64,000 bases of DNA, taken from the NCBI RefSeq assembly GCF_009914755.1, contig NC_060932.1. The stretch is one strand, 5' to 3'. Both the position numbers and the translations under genes were made by a program. The DNA is from the human T2T-CHM13v2.0 reference genome, Homo sapiens. The notes below the pieces were generated by a model that did not search any database, was not told where the DNA came from, and saw only the letters and a list, made by a program, of their open reading frames with translations. Shown here piece by piece: positions 41,299-55,916 of this stretch. Each line of letters opens with the position of its first letter. Position 1 is the stretch's first letter.

Positions 41299-41924
41299 TC
41301 TAAAAAATAAAAAAGGAATATATTCTATTTTCACGGTATGGCATTTGAAATATATGCCAAATATAGCTTATACATTATATTTTAAATTCTCTCTTTGAAT
41401 GTTTGGATCTGTCACGGACTTAAACAAAAATGAATTAAATTCTCCTAATAACCAGTGTGTTTTTGTTTCTTCCTCCTTTTAGCTTCTATAATTTGTACTT
41501 TATGGCTATTATTACTATTATATTTAGTTATCAATATTTATAACTTTAATTTTTGTCATGAATTATACCCTTTAGTATTATAGGTTTCCAATTTTGTCTT
41601 ATTTAATGGTTTTTTTGCAAGAATTCCACTTTGTCTGATATTAAGATTGTGACCACCACTTTCTCTTGGTGGCTTTTGCCTGCAAATGTTGCACATCTTT
41701 GCATTTTCAATTTGTATGAACCACTTTATTTTAAATATGTCTAAATGTGATACGTTACACATCGAGTTTTTCTCTGTAGTTCAGTCTGGGAACTTCTTCC
41801 TTCAGTAGGCAAGCTAAACTCATTTATAGTGACTGATAAGACAAATAACATTTAGTCTTTTTTTGTCATATGATTTTATGTATTCTTTTCTATTTTAAGA
41901 GTTTAAAAATTTAACAGGTGGTCT

Positions 41925-41925
<1 letters not shown>

Positions 41926-41959
<34 letters not shown>
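41926..41959. repeat. (GT)n microsatellite
   Basis: Direct reading. Confidence 0.9.
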
Positions 41960-43139
41960 AGTGATTCTTATAAAATTTGGAAAGTTAATATTTTTATTAT
42001 AATACCTATCTGCATAATTATATCTTGGTCTATTTCTTTAGTTTCTTTTATATTTCACTCCCATAAGTAATAATAAAATTCACAGTCCCTGATCAGATTT
42101 CAGTTAAGACTATTATTTTTCTTAGCAGTACCTTTTAATTATTAACTATGCTTAGAACTCTACTATTTGATGTGTCAACTGTTAACAACAATTCTTACAC
42201 TTGCAACTATTGCAGATCAGCAAAATTACAATCTTCCCATCCCACTTTTTGTTAGCTATATTTGCATTCAGCTCTGTCACCTAAACTCCGTCTTTGTTTA
42301 AGCCTCAACTTACCAGTTAAATATATTTAAATATATCCATGCTCACAATCAACTTTTGTCAAAGTTCTCCATGACATTTTGGTGAGCTGAAATGAGGTTC
42401 ATCTTTCAGTACTTCTTTCCCTCAAAAAGGACTCATGAGAACATTTCCTGAGTTCTTGTATTGTTAAACCTGTTTGTCTTTAAGACCAGCCTTGCTGGGT
42501 ATAAATCTTTGTCTCACACATTCTTTTCTTGAAGGTATCGTGGTGTTGTGTCATTCCACTTCATATTCTGATACTGAATCTTCTGATATTGAGTTGCTGT
42601 GGCCTGTAGAAAATCAGACTGATTTTTAACCCTTTATTATATGTGACTTGAGCTTTTTGCCTGGCTGGCCAAATAATTATTTCTTTACCTTTAGTTCAAT
42701 AACTTTATCGGCATATATTATCAGTATTGACTACTTTGGATCAGTGTTCTCTGATATACAGTACCCTTTGAATATATAGATTCAAGTCTTCTCTTATTTG
42801 AGGAAAATAAATAAGTTAATCTCAATATTCACAAATTGTGTTTAATAGTTTCTACCACATAGGGTGGTTGTGAAGATTCCTGTGCTAATGCATGGGAACC
42901 ACATGTTTCAGTGTCTAATTTCATCTTCAGAAATAAAATTACCATTATTATTATTACTATTTTAAAAGTATTGAATGAGTGCCTTCTCTCAGTTAAGCAC
43001 AAAGTAATGCCAAAAATAGGTAAGTCACACACCTTATCCTTAAATACCCATGTGTGGTCATCATGTGGTGTGTGCTTTCATCGTGTAAACACACACCACA
43101 TGATGATTTAGGGTATTTTGCTGGGAGGTGGAGAAACAC

Positions 43140-44200
<1,061 letters not shown>

Positions 44201-44682
44201 GCATCTATGTGGATCAGGGCTCCTGCCAGCCCCACTGCCCCTAAGCTAAGTGCCCTTTGCTGGCTACCGTGTACTTAACTGAACCCTTGGTCCCAGTGGA
44301 GTGAAGAGTGAACAGCTCTAAGACAAAGGATGGCATGACTCAGTTGGTTGACTGAGACAGATGAGGAAGAGGAAGAAGTTAAGATGACTCCCTAGGTTTC
44401 TGGTTTGAGCAAGGATGAGCCTGGAGAAGCCATTCACAGAGACCAGAAACACAAGGGAAGATGTGGGCCTGGTGTCAGATGAGTTCAGATGCCTTGGGGA
44501 CATGGCAAAGGAAACACCTTGGAAATGTCCAATAGATGATTGGTAACATATTTCTGGAGCAGGAAAATATCTGATCTGGAGTGATCAGTATATTGTAGGT
44601 GGCATCTGAAAGCAGGGCACATATTTTACCTTCCGTAGATTAGAAATGTATTTCCTAAGATATGGTCATAAAAGTTCTGGAC

Positions 44683-44870
44683 CAGTGGTTCTTAACCAAG
44701 ATGATTTTTCCCCTAGGGGATACTTGGCAATATCTGGAGACATTTTTGGCTAACATAATTGATGAGAGGGGCTATTGGCATCTGTTGGGTAGGGACCAAA
44801 GATGCTGCCACATATTTTACAATGCATAGGGCAACCCCCTTAACAAAGAACTATGTTCACATTGTCAATA
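44683..44870 (+). mobile_element. MER20 DNA transposon
   Basis: CAGTGGTTCTTAACC..TTGGCAATATCTGGAGACATTTTTGG..TGGCATCT..GGGTAG. Confidence 0.8.
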
Positions 44871-44993
44871 AAGTGATCTGATCCATAAAGCAACAGTGAG
44901 ATCTTAATGATTAAGGACTCAGTGTGTTACCTCAGCAAGTGAGATCATATCTCAAATCCCATTTCCCACCTGGGTGACCAGCTGAGAAATTTA

Positions 44994-45366
<373 letters not shown>

Positions 45367-46889
45367 TCATTAATTTTGTAGGATACTTAATTACACATTA
45401 AAATGTGTATATAATAAGTACTCAGCCAATGTTAGTTTTTTTTTCTCTTACCCTACAAATCTCCTACCTTAGAAATCTAATTTCCATGGGGAGCTTGGGC
45501 ATTCCAATCCTCCTCAATCAGGAGCTAGGTGGCAGGTGGTGGCAGACACAGTGGTCTTCAGACCTCATGTCAACTCTTGGCTGTACCGCAGGGCTCTCCA
45601 TCACCTCTATTCAAAGATGTCTACCTCCCATTCTCCCTCTATCGCATGAATCTGTCTCATGCTCACCATGGCACTCAGAATGATGGTGTTTCTGTCTTTG
45701 CTAGCTGACCTGTTGCTTGCTTTCCCGCAAAGTGTAAGACCAGGAGGAAAGGGGCCCTGTTTGTCTTAGAATTCTTTGTGCATAAAACACTGCCTAGAAC
45801 ATCATGGGCACTCGATACATATTTTGCACATGAAATGAATAAATACACAAATAATTCTGCCCCAGTTTAAGAACAAAACAAACAAACAAAAACCCGTCAG
45901 AGCAAAGCTATAGTCACAGCCCTCTGTGACTTAGGGCTGAGTGTCTTCAAAGACAGAGACGGAGGAGGGGGAGGTGGCCTATTGGCCACAAAGACCCTGC
46001 TTGGGGAGCACACACTTGGAGCAGGTCTAGATATAAGGCCAAGCTCCTGGAGCTCAGAGCTCTGGAGGGAGCTGAGAATAAACTGTGGGAGGGAAGATGC
46101 ACATAGCTTCAGATACCTCAGAAGGTGCTGTCTGCCTGACCTTCTTAGTGTAGAAGAATTTGGAGCTCAGCTCCTGCTTGGTGGAAACTAAAAGAGCATC
46201 CACAGATAAGTAAGTCCATTTCCTTGCTGCTCAGGAAAATACCCAGATCTGCAGAGGAGCAAGACCTGCCCAAGCCACAAGGAGAGGTAAGGAGAGGGAG
46301 GTACCAGGACTGCAGAGAAAGTTTAGAATCACATTTATTTGTCAGAAGGTCATTCTTACTGGCCTTTTCGTTCACACCCCTGTTACTAAAATTGCAGCAT
46401 TGTCTTTCAAAACAGCCCCTTGAATGCTGCAGCATCCTTTACTGTATGGTGGCTCAAAGCTGTCTCTGGGACTACCCAGGTTGCTCCAGTGTTGGCTATC
46501 AGGAAGCATTCTCCTCTGCCCAACCCTCAACAAGAACTCATTCGTTCAAAAGTAATTTCCTGAGCATCCCTCCTGTCTGAAGGATGCAGACACAGAGGAA
46601 TAAGATGCTGTCCATGATCTTGAGGAGTTCACAGTCCAGCAATGGAGGCAAACATGGGGGACAGCTTCACCCTGATGGCAATAGGTGGAAAGACATTTGT
46701 GGGGTTTCTAACAACCAAAGAAATCTTTATAGAGTTAGAGAAACGGAGGCAGTTGGTCTAAAGAAGCTTGTCTGGAATGCTCAAGTCAAAATGAGAAAGC
46801 TGAGAAAACACAGAGTGCCCTCTTAGGTGACTTGAGACTCTCTCTTAATGCCACCCATAGTTTTCCCTTCTCCTCCAAGGCCCCAGGTA

Positions 46890-47245
46890 GAATTTTCCCT
46901 TCTCCTCCAAGGCTCCAGGTACACAGGCCCCCTGAAGCCATGTCACATGACTAGGCGTGGCCAATGGGTCAATAAGGTGCAAGCAGAAGTGACTGGTGGC
47001 ACCTGCAGTTGGCATCTCCAGTGTCCACTCTGCACGCTCCCCACTTCCTGCTGCAACGCTGAGCAATAATGCTCCTAATGGTGGCGGCCCCACCAGCTTG
47101 GGCCCTAAAGGTAGGACAAGTGTGTGAGCCCTCACCTGCTCCATGACAGTTACATAGGGAAAGAAAGAAATAAACTTTTATTGGTTACAGTCACTGAGAT
47201 TTGGGTTTTCCTTGAAGCATAATCTAGTGTGCCCTGACTGATACC
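46890..47245 (+). mobile_element. Old MLT1 (I/J-like) LTR
   Basis: CCATGTCACATGACTAG...AAATAAACTTTTATTGG...CACTGAGATTTGGG...CCTGACTGATAC. Confidence 0.55.
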
Positions 47246-47589
47246 ACCCAACCCCAAATGACCTAACTCACAAAGTCTACAATTTAACCCCTAGAAATTT
47301 CTTTTTTCAGGGTAAAGATGGATACATTTTATTGTATTAGTCAGGTGTAGCTAGTTTAGTCAACAACAAAAATTCCCTAAGCTAAGATGGATTTATTTGG
47401 TGCTCAGATCAGAGTCAGATTTGAGTCATGTGGCTGTGCTCTATATTGTACCTCTGCCATCAGGACACATAGCCTGCAAGGCTGCTGTAACAGGAGAAAA
47501 GGGAGGCAGCAGATTGACTTGTAACTGACAAAAGCCACTCTGCTCACAGTCCATTGGCCAGAAGTAAACACATGGCCCCATACTGGATC

Positions 47590-48051
47590 TGGGATGGTCA
47601 GTCTTAGTGTCAACTTGAATGAGCCACGAGATGCCCAGATTAAACATTTGTTCGGGGTTTGTCTGTGAGGGTGTTTTAGGATGAGATTAGCATTTGAATC
47701 AGCAGACTCAGTGAAGTAGATGGCCCTCCCCAGTGTGGGTGGTCACCATCCAGTCCATCGACAGCCTGCATAGAGCAAGGTAGAGGAATGGGGAACTTCC
47801 CCCCATTTTTACAGCATTACTGCTTGAGCTGCAACATCACATCTCACCTTCTCCTGCCCTCAGAATGGGATTGACATCATTGGCTCCCCTGGTTCCAGGC
47901 CTTTGGACTGAAACTGGATTATACCATGGGATCCACTGAGTCTTCAGCTTTCACATGGCAGATCATGGGACTTCTCAGCCTCCGTAATCACATGAGCCAA
48001 TTCCTCATAATAAACCTTTCTTCTCTCTCTCTCCATATATATGCGTGTGTG

Positions 48052-48082
<31 letters not shown>

Positions 48083-48085
48083 ATT
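47590..48085 (+). mobile_element. MLT2 (ERVL) solo LTR with (GT)n near its end
   Basis: GTGTCAACTTGA...GATGAGATTAGCATTTGAATC...CATGAGCCAATTCCTCATAATAAA. Confidence 0.8.
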
Positions 48086-48342
48086 AGGTCCCTCTCCTGT
48101 GGACCCAGAGCATGATCAGTTTCCATACTGCCCCTGCAGACAGCAGGTAGGAGGTATTCTTGGGCATTTGTCATGCTGAACTAAATGCCTTTTACCTGTG
48201 TAACCTCCAGAAAGTCCTATAACCTCTCTATGTCTCTGTTCCTATATCTGTAAAATGAGAATAATACTGCCATCAATCTGACAGGATTGTTATGAGGAAT
48301 CAATACATTAATATATAGGAAGCATTTAGAAGTCCCTGACAT

Positions 48343-48649
48343 GGCCTGGCGCGGTGGCTCACGCCTATAATCCCAGCACTTTGGAAGGCCAAGTCACATG
48401 GATCATGAGGTCAGGAGTTCAAGACCAGCCTGGCCAAGGTGGTGAAACCTCGCCTCTACTAAAAATACAAAAATTAGCCAGGAATGGTGTCAGGGACCTG
48501 TAATCCCAGCTACTCAGGAGGCTGAGGCAGATGAGGCAGAGAATTGCTTGAACCCGGGAGGCAGAGGTTGCAGTGAGCCAAGATCGCACCACTGCACTCC
48601 AGCCTGGGTGACAGAGTGAGACTCCGTCTAAAAAAAAAAAAAAAAAAAA
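48343..48649 (+). mobile_element. AluS with internal 9-bp duplication (TGAGGCAGA)
   Basis: Full dimer; diverged TSD AAGT(C/T)CCTG(A/G)CA. Confidence 0.9.
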
Positions 48650-50156
48650 GTTCCTGGCACAAATTATACAAGTGCTAGCTATTATTTTTATTATCATTAT
48701 TTACTATTATCTACCTATCTCCCGCCAAACCCTGTATTAACCACGGTCTGGCTAGTGTGAGTTACATAGGTGTACTACCCTACCCTGCATCCATCATTTG
48801 TTTACTGTACAAAAATTACTTCATATCCCACCCTACTTAAAAATGTGCTACTGAAGTCAAGCTAAGGGTATGAAAAAAATGTGCCGGTGGACATTCATGC
48901 AAGTAAAACAGTCGTTTATGATGATCTAAGCTCAGAACCTAGCTACATGTTACATAGACACTCAGATGGGCTTTTGTGCACACTGTTAATATTTCCTAAA
49001 TGTTCTAGGAAGCAACTACAGTGTAAAGTGAGAGAAGCTTGTGCTTTGTTTGGTCTGGAGTTCTTTCAAGAGTCACTTGCTGTTTGGGAAAATTACAACA
49101 CTCTCAGCAATTCTACTCATAGTCTCTGAATCACCAGCAAAACACACCCAAGTTGGTCTGTGTTTGTAAGTGTGCATTCACAGTGGTTCCTTATTTATAG
49201 GTGTTGGGAATCTGATTGTTTCATCATGTCTTCCAGTGTGGTCATGCCCAAGCACTTGCATATTTAGAAATATACTACAAATCATTTTTATTCCATTTCT
49301 CCTTTATATGTAAAAGCACATCATATCTATTGTCTTAAAATTACATATGTAAGGAGATCATAGGATCTATAATTTGGATTCAGATAGTAAAGAATATCTA
49401 CTTTACAAAGGGGAATGGAGTCATGAGTTTTAGTTCTTTTCTAGGAAATAAATGGGTCAGAAAGAGGAAGCTTGCACTGGCAGAGGGTGTGGTGGAATTC
49501 CAGGTATGTAAACAGCATTTAGAGAAGTTACCCTATGCTCCTCTATCATTCTTCCCTAGCCTTCTGAACTGTATTTTCTTCCAGCTTCTAAGACACAGGC
49601 AGTATCTATGCATCTTTGCCTTTTAAATTATCTAGAAACAATTACGTTTCTTGGTCCTTGTATCCCAATGGGTTTGGGTTTTTTTGTTTTTTTTTAGAAG
49701 AAACAGCACTGGGTTAGGAGACAGAGGACCTCAGTTTGAGTCTTCTGCTGGTGACCTCGGGACACTGCACTTGTCTGGGCCTCTGTTTCCTCATCTGCAA
49801 AAGTGAGAGTAATCACCTCATTTCTGAGCGGGGAGTGTTTTGAGCTCTGTAAGGGGCCACGGGAAAACAAGACAGCAGGCCCAGGAGGGCCAAGACCACA
49901 GCCCCTGGAAATAAATCAGGCTCACTGCAGAGCAAGGCGTGCTGGAAGGAGCTCAGACTAGCTCTGCCCCACAGCAGGCCCTGGGACTCAGGTCTGCTCT
50001 CTGAGCCTCAGTTTCCCCATCTGCAAAGCAGGCACAGGGGCAGAACTAACTAGATGAACTCTAAGATTCCTTTGCCCACAGAAGCCCTGTAAAATTAATT
50101 AAAGGTAGATTTGTCCATGGAAAGGAGAAATATATTTATTCAGAAGAGATAGTTTC

Positions 50157-50668
50157 TGTGATGGTTTAATTTTGTGTCAACTTGACTGGGCCAACGGGTT
50201 AATGCTCTGATTCACCAATTTTTTCCAGGTGTATCTGTGCAGATGTTTCTGGATGAGACTAGCATTCAAGTGGGGGAACTTAGTAAAGCAGATGGCCCTT
50301 CCCAGTGTGGGTGGAAACCATCCAATCCATCGAGGGGCTGAATAGAACAAAAAGGCAGAGGAAGGAGGGAAAGATTCATCCCTTTTGCTTCCTGCATGCC
50401 TGGTTGAGCTGGGGCATCTCATCTTCTCTTGCCCTTGGACCGGGACTTATAGCGTCAAATTCCCTGGTTGTCAGGCCTTTGGATTCAGGCTGGAATTACA
50501 GCACTCACTTTCCTGGGTCTCCAGCTGGTGGATAGAAGATGGTGAGAATTCTCAGCCTCCACAACCACATGAGTCAATTCCTCACAATCTTTTCATTAAT
50601 TTATATCTATATCTATATATCTATATGTCTTTCCTATTGGTTCTGTTTTTTTGGAGAGCCATAATACC
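50157..50668 (+). mobile_element. MLT2 (MLT2D-like) solo LTR
   Basis: TGTGATGGTTTAATTTTGTGTCAACTTGACTGGGCC...CCTATTGGTTCTGTTT..GGAGAGCC.TAATAC. Confidence 0.8.
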
Positions 50669-50939
50669 TTCTATTCTAATGATGGAAAGATGTTAAGCCC
50701 CAGTTGTTCCACATGTCTGGTAATTGCATTGGAAGAAACAGTCTCCTAGTGGAAGGTGACGGTGGTCATTTCCACATACCGTGGAAGCTCTCAGACAAGG
50801 GACATTGTATCTGAAACACAGGCAAAGGGCTGTCACTCATACCCTGGGTTAGCACCAGAGACATACATTCTCTCATTTGACTCACATCTGTTCTCTCTAA
50901 CCATGCTCTGTGCTGGATGCACCACTTAGGCCACTCTAG

Positions 50940-51700
50940 GTCAACAAAAGAAGCGGGTACAGAGAAAAGCTGAGCCCAGGCTCTGTGCTAACTGTGATGA
51001 CTGAGGTAGCTCAGACAACTATAGGAAGGAGTACAGAGCAGAGTCACCTAACCTAGCCAGGGAACGTAGGTGTCTGGGGAAATGCCAAGGAGGCACAATA
51101 CTTCTAGATAAAGAGAAAGTTTGGAAAGCATGGTAGTTCCAGGCAGTGGGAACAGCCTGTGCAAAAGCATGGAAGCATGAGAAAATGCGGTGGGTTTTAG
51201 GAATGATTAATAATCATATCTGTTGGGCATAAAACAGGGGATTTGGAAAATCTAGAATTGAGGCTGATTGAGTAGATAGAGGCTGGCCAGGAAGGCCCTT
51301 GTATACTCTCATGAGTAGTCGTGATTTGCCTTTAGGCAATTGGGAGCCATTGAGGAATTAGAAACAGGAGGTTGACATAATCAGATCTGTATTTTCAAAA
51401 GACCTTGATGTCTTCCACTATGTGTGGAAACACCAAGTCAGGGAGAAAATGCGAGGCAGAATGAAAACTGAACCACGACTGTGTCTATGGGAGTCAATGC
51501 AAGACTGATCTGAAAGATACTATAGGAGGAAGAAGAGAAAAGGGAGATCAGAGGGCAGCCTGGGTGGCTGCTATCAACAAGTCCTTGGGCAGGGAATATT
51601 GCCCAGACACGTAGAGGATAAATGTAAGGCATTTGAGATATAAGATGATGATGGGCAATTGATGTAGGACAATGTCACATTAGTCTTTGTGTCAATCCTG
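50940..51700. mobile_element. L2 fragments
   Basis: CCAGGCAGTGGGAACAGCCTGTGCAAAAGC and GGCAATTGGGAGCCATTGA L2 motifs. Confidence 0.55.
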
Positions 51701-52657
51701 AAAGTTGGGGATGTTGGATTTTCAGAGAGAGAAAGTGACTTGCCCAAGTTCACACCTCCAGGAATCCAGCTATGATTACAAGTGCCCTATATTAACTGGG
51801 ACCTTGAATGACAGAAGTTTGAGAAGCCCTACCAGAAGCTCTCAGTGGCCTGCTGCTGTGTCATTGAAATGTATTTCAGTGTCTAAGAGAAACTGCATTG
51901 TCCTCCCGGCAGCCCTGGACTGGACCCTGTAATATCATGAGCTACTCTGGAAGAGGAGAGACAAAGTTCACTGCTCTGAGCAGCAGGGTCTTTGGTTGCC
52001 ATGTGACTGAAGATGGGTACAGATTTTTTTTTGTAAACGTAATAAAAATCAAAAATAATAAAACGAGGTGTGATTTCTTCCATGAAAAACCATAAAATCT
52101 CTCTCATAGTCTCCCAGTCTGAATGCCTCCTTCCTTCTCTCTCCCCTTTGGCTCATGAATTTCTCATTCCTGCCAAATAGGTCGGTTGAGTTGGAAACAT
52201 TAATTGTTTGCTCTAGTGGATGCCAAGGTTCCTGCCTGGCCTTCCTCATCTGACCCAACTTCATGTGCCTTTCAAAGCCCAGCTTAGATAGCCCCTTTTC
52301 TTGGACCCTCCCTGCTGCCCAGCCATGCCCCCACTGCACACATGCAGCTAGGTGAGGTCAGTCACTGCCTCTTGAGCCCTCCTCAGCTCTGGGGAGACCC
52401 TCCTCCTCTCAGCACCTGCTCCCATGGCCTTCCCCCTTAGACTCTGAGGATCCTGTCCTGGAAGTGGGGGCCTTGTCTTCTCTGCTTTCATATCTTCCTT
52501 CCTAAAATGACTGCCACCAAAATGCTGAATCAATGGACAAATGGATGAATAAATGAGTGGATTCAGAAGATGCTAGTGAGGTGAACTGTCATGAACACAC
52601 TATCTCTGAGACATTAAAAATGTTTCATTAAGTTATTTTTATAAAACACACATACCA

Positions 52658-53036
52658 TACACCATGGAATACTATGCAGCCATAAAAAATGATCAGTTCA
52701 TGTCCTTTGTAGGGACATGGATGAAGCTGGAAACCATCATTCTCAGCAAACTATCTCAAGGACAAAAAACCAAACACCACATGTTCTCACTCATAGGTGG
52801 GAATTGAACAATGAGAACACATGGACACAGGAAGGGGAACATCACACACCGGGGCCTGTTGTGGGGTGGGGGGAGGGGGAGGGATAGCATTAGGAGATAT
52901 ACCTAATGTTAAATGATGAGTTAATGGGTGCAGCACACCAACATGGCACATGTATACATATGTAACTAACCAGCACGTTGTGTACATGTACCCTAAAACT
53001 TAAAGTATAATAAAACAAACAAAAAACAACAACAAC
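52658..53036 (+). mobile_element. 5'-truncated young L1PA (L1PA3-5-like) with 15-bp TSD
   Basis: L1 ORF2 end and 3'UTR; TSD AAAACACACATACCA at 52643-52657 and 53037-53051. Confidence 0.93.
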
Positions 53037-54234
53037 AAAACACACATACCAAGCCCAAAATATCCTTACAGTGCCCAAGGTTGTAAAATGAAAAGTGAGT
53101 CTTCTTTCCAGCTCCCAGGATCACTCTGCAGAAGGTGCTGCCCACAGGCGTCTTCTTCTGTTTTGAGACATTTCCCTTTTACATTCTTTACACAACTGGA
53201 GGCATGCTGCACAAACTGTTCAAATAAAAGAAATAAAATAAAAAGAAATCTTTTCGTTTCTTTTAACAATATCATGGAGATCGTTCCACACCATTTTCTG
53301 TTCAGAGTTATGGAGTTCCTTTTTACGTATGTATAATAGTTTATTTGGCCAAGCTTCTATTGGAAGACAAGGATGACATGCCAATTAATATTCTCAACTC
53401 CAGGGCTTCTTAGCCTTCATCCTCCCTAGCATTAGGTACTCTTTTATTCATTTTGGACCTTGCTGGTGACTTCTGGATGAAAGAGATGGTGTTGTCAGTC
53501 AATGTGCATTCAACTGTTCTATTTGCTTTGTGTTTACTTAATAATTAATGTTTTTAAATACTTTTGCCAACCACGGTGAAAATACTTCAGAGACAGGGAC
53601 AATATCATACACAATTACTGCTCTCACGTGGCACTAAATACATGTCTGAAATGAATGGGTAAATGAATATCTGGGTGCTCAAACCTGGATGATAAGAGTT
53701 GGGAAGGGTTGGCAAATATTTTCTGAAGCAAGGTCAGTGGCTTAAAAGCCCAATTGATTAAGATATTTCCTGCATTATATTCCACCAAATCAATGAAACA
53801 ATTCATTTAATCCACTTTCTATTAATGGCTGGTTAACTTCCTTTCAATCCTTTACTATTATAAACAATGCTGTGTACTTTTCCGAGTATTTTCCTATGAA
53901 ATAGCTCTAGAAAGTCCTAAATGACAAATTGCTGAATCAAAACATTCACTGTTTTTAGAAGTTTTTGATATATATATGATTGATTTTTTCCTCTAGAAGA
54001 TTTGCAGAAATTTTCACTCCAACAGGGACCTCTGAATCTTTGCCATACCTTGTTCCATCCTTGAGCAGGGAAAAATGTGAAATGTAGACATGTGTTTCCC
54101 CAATTATTAGTTCTGTCGAGCATACTTTTACATGCGTGTTGCCATTTGTATTTCTTATGTGAATTATTTGTTCATTTCCATGGCCCATTTTTCCACTGGG
54201 ATTTTGCCTTAGTTCTTTCCTGGCAGAATGTCAC

Positions 54235-54705
54235 TGTGGGGTTTCCAATGAACCATGTCCCCTGGTGTGTGTGCCCTTGTTCCATTCCCCCTTGAATCTG
54301 GCCAGGCTGCTTGGGTGACCCACTCTAACTGACAGAAAGTGGCAGATGTAACATTGGGACAGTTTCAGGGCTAAGCCTTCAGAAAGCCTGGTAGCATCTG
54401 CCTTTGCTCTGTTGGAAGCCAGCAGCCATATACCAAGCCCAGCTACCTTCACACCCCCAGACTGTGAGAAGTCCCAAGCAGCCACATGGAGAAACCACGA
54501 GGGAGAATGCTGACGTCCCAGTCAATAGCCTTGCCTGAACTCCCAGCCAGCCACGTGTGTGAGCCATCTCAGAGGAGGGTCCCCCAGCCTCCCTTAGCCA
54601 CCTGAGGTGCCACTCCCTGTCCAAATTGTAGAATCAAGAGCAAATAAGTAAAACAACTGTCATTTCAAGCCACTAGTTCGGGGTAGTTTGTTACACACCA
54701 AACTA
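54235..54705 (+). mobile_element. MLT1F/G-like LTR
   Basis: CCCCTTGAATCTGG...GCCACATGGAGA...TTTCAAGCCACTAGTTCGGGGTAGTTTGTTACAC. Confidence 0.65.
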
Positions 54706-55041
54706 CCATTAAAAAACCAAAACACTTACATTGTGTAAGAATTCTACAGATTAAGATTTGTGTTAACTGTCAGAAGTTAACTATCATGGTTAGATATCAA
54801 GGTGAGATCCAAGAAAGATTCATACAGTACATTCTGTGCGTGATGCACTGTAAGTCTCTTTTAACCTGGAGGCATGTCTCCAGCCTGCAGCTTGATTGTT
54901 TTGTATTTTTGTCCTGGTGGAGAGAAGCCAGAAGTCTTGAAGCATGTCTCCTCTAGAATCGTCTGCCGCCTCCTCAACCACTTGCAGTTGGTTTCCAGCT
55001 GGGCTCGGACATGGTCATTTTCAGAGCCAGCTCTGGCCTGT

Positions 55042-55916
55042 GGTATGTCTTTATCAGCAGCCCATCTGCAAGCCACGATGAGAGGCCTCAGAAGAAAGTC
55101 ACCCTGCCAAAGCCTTCATTTCAAAGTCCAGCCCCCAGAATTGTGAGAAAATAAATAAATTTCTGTTGTTTAGTTCTGTGGTACTTTCTCACGGCAGCAC
55201 AAGCAAACTAATATAGCTGATAATCCTTAATGTACACCCAGTATGTAGGAATCCTTATCATTAAATATTACAGGTGAAGGAGGTGAGGTTAGAACAGATT
55301 AAGTCACCTGTCCAAGGCCATCTGATATGGTTTGGCTGTGTCCTCACCCAAACCTCATCTTGAATTCCCATGTGTTGGGGCAGGGACCTGGTGGGAGGTA
55401 ATTGAATCATGGAGGCGAGTTTTTCCTGTGCTGTTCTTGTGACAGTGAATAAATCTCATGAGATCTCATGGTTTTAAAAAGGGGAGTTTGCCTGCACAAG
55501 CTCTCTTTGCCTGTCACCATCCATGTAAAATGTGACTTGCTCCTCCTTGCCTTCCGCCATGATTGTGAGGCCTCCCCAGCCATGTGGAACTATAAGTCCA
55601 TTAAACCTCTTTCTTTTGTAAATTGCCCAGTCTCAGGTATGTCTTTATCAGCAGCCCATCTGCAAGCCACGATGAGAGGCCTCAGAAGAAGGTCACCCTG
55701 CCAAAGCCTTCATTTTGGACTTCCAGCCTCCAGAATTGTGAGAAAATAAACAAATTTCTGTTGTTTAGGTCTGTGTTATGTCTTACGGCAGCACAAGCAA
55801 ACTAATATAGCAGTTAATCTGTGACACATTCCCAGCGTTTAGGAATCCTTATCATTAAACATTACAGGTGAAGAAGGTGAGGTTAGAACAGATTAAGTCA
55901 CCTGTCCAAGGTCATC
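55042..55916. repeat. 281-bp direct duplication (55042-55322 / 55636-55916): THE1 tail, MLT1 3' half and MIR flank
   Basis: Direct alignment, offset 594. Confidence 0.92.
55323..55654 (+). mobile_element. THE1 (THE1A-like) LTR lacking its last ~19 nt
   Basis: TGATATGGTTTGGCTGTGTC start; ends GGTATGTCTTTATCAGCAG without GTGAAAACGGACTAATACA. Confidence 0.88.

Noticed and set aside
47590-50668. Two same-orientation MLT2 LTRs as one ERVL provirus
   Set aside because: They differ strongly and I see no PBS, PPT or ERVL internal sequence between them; likely independent solo LTRs
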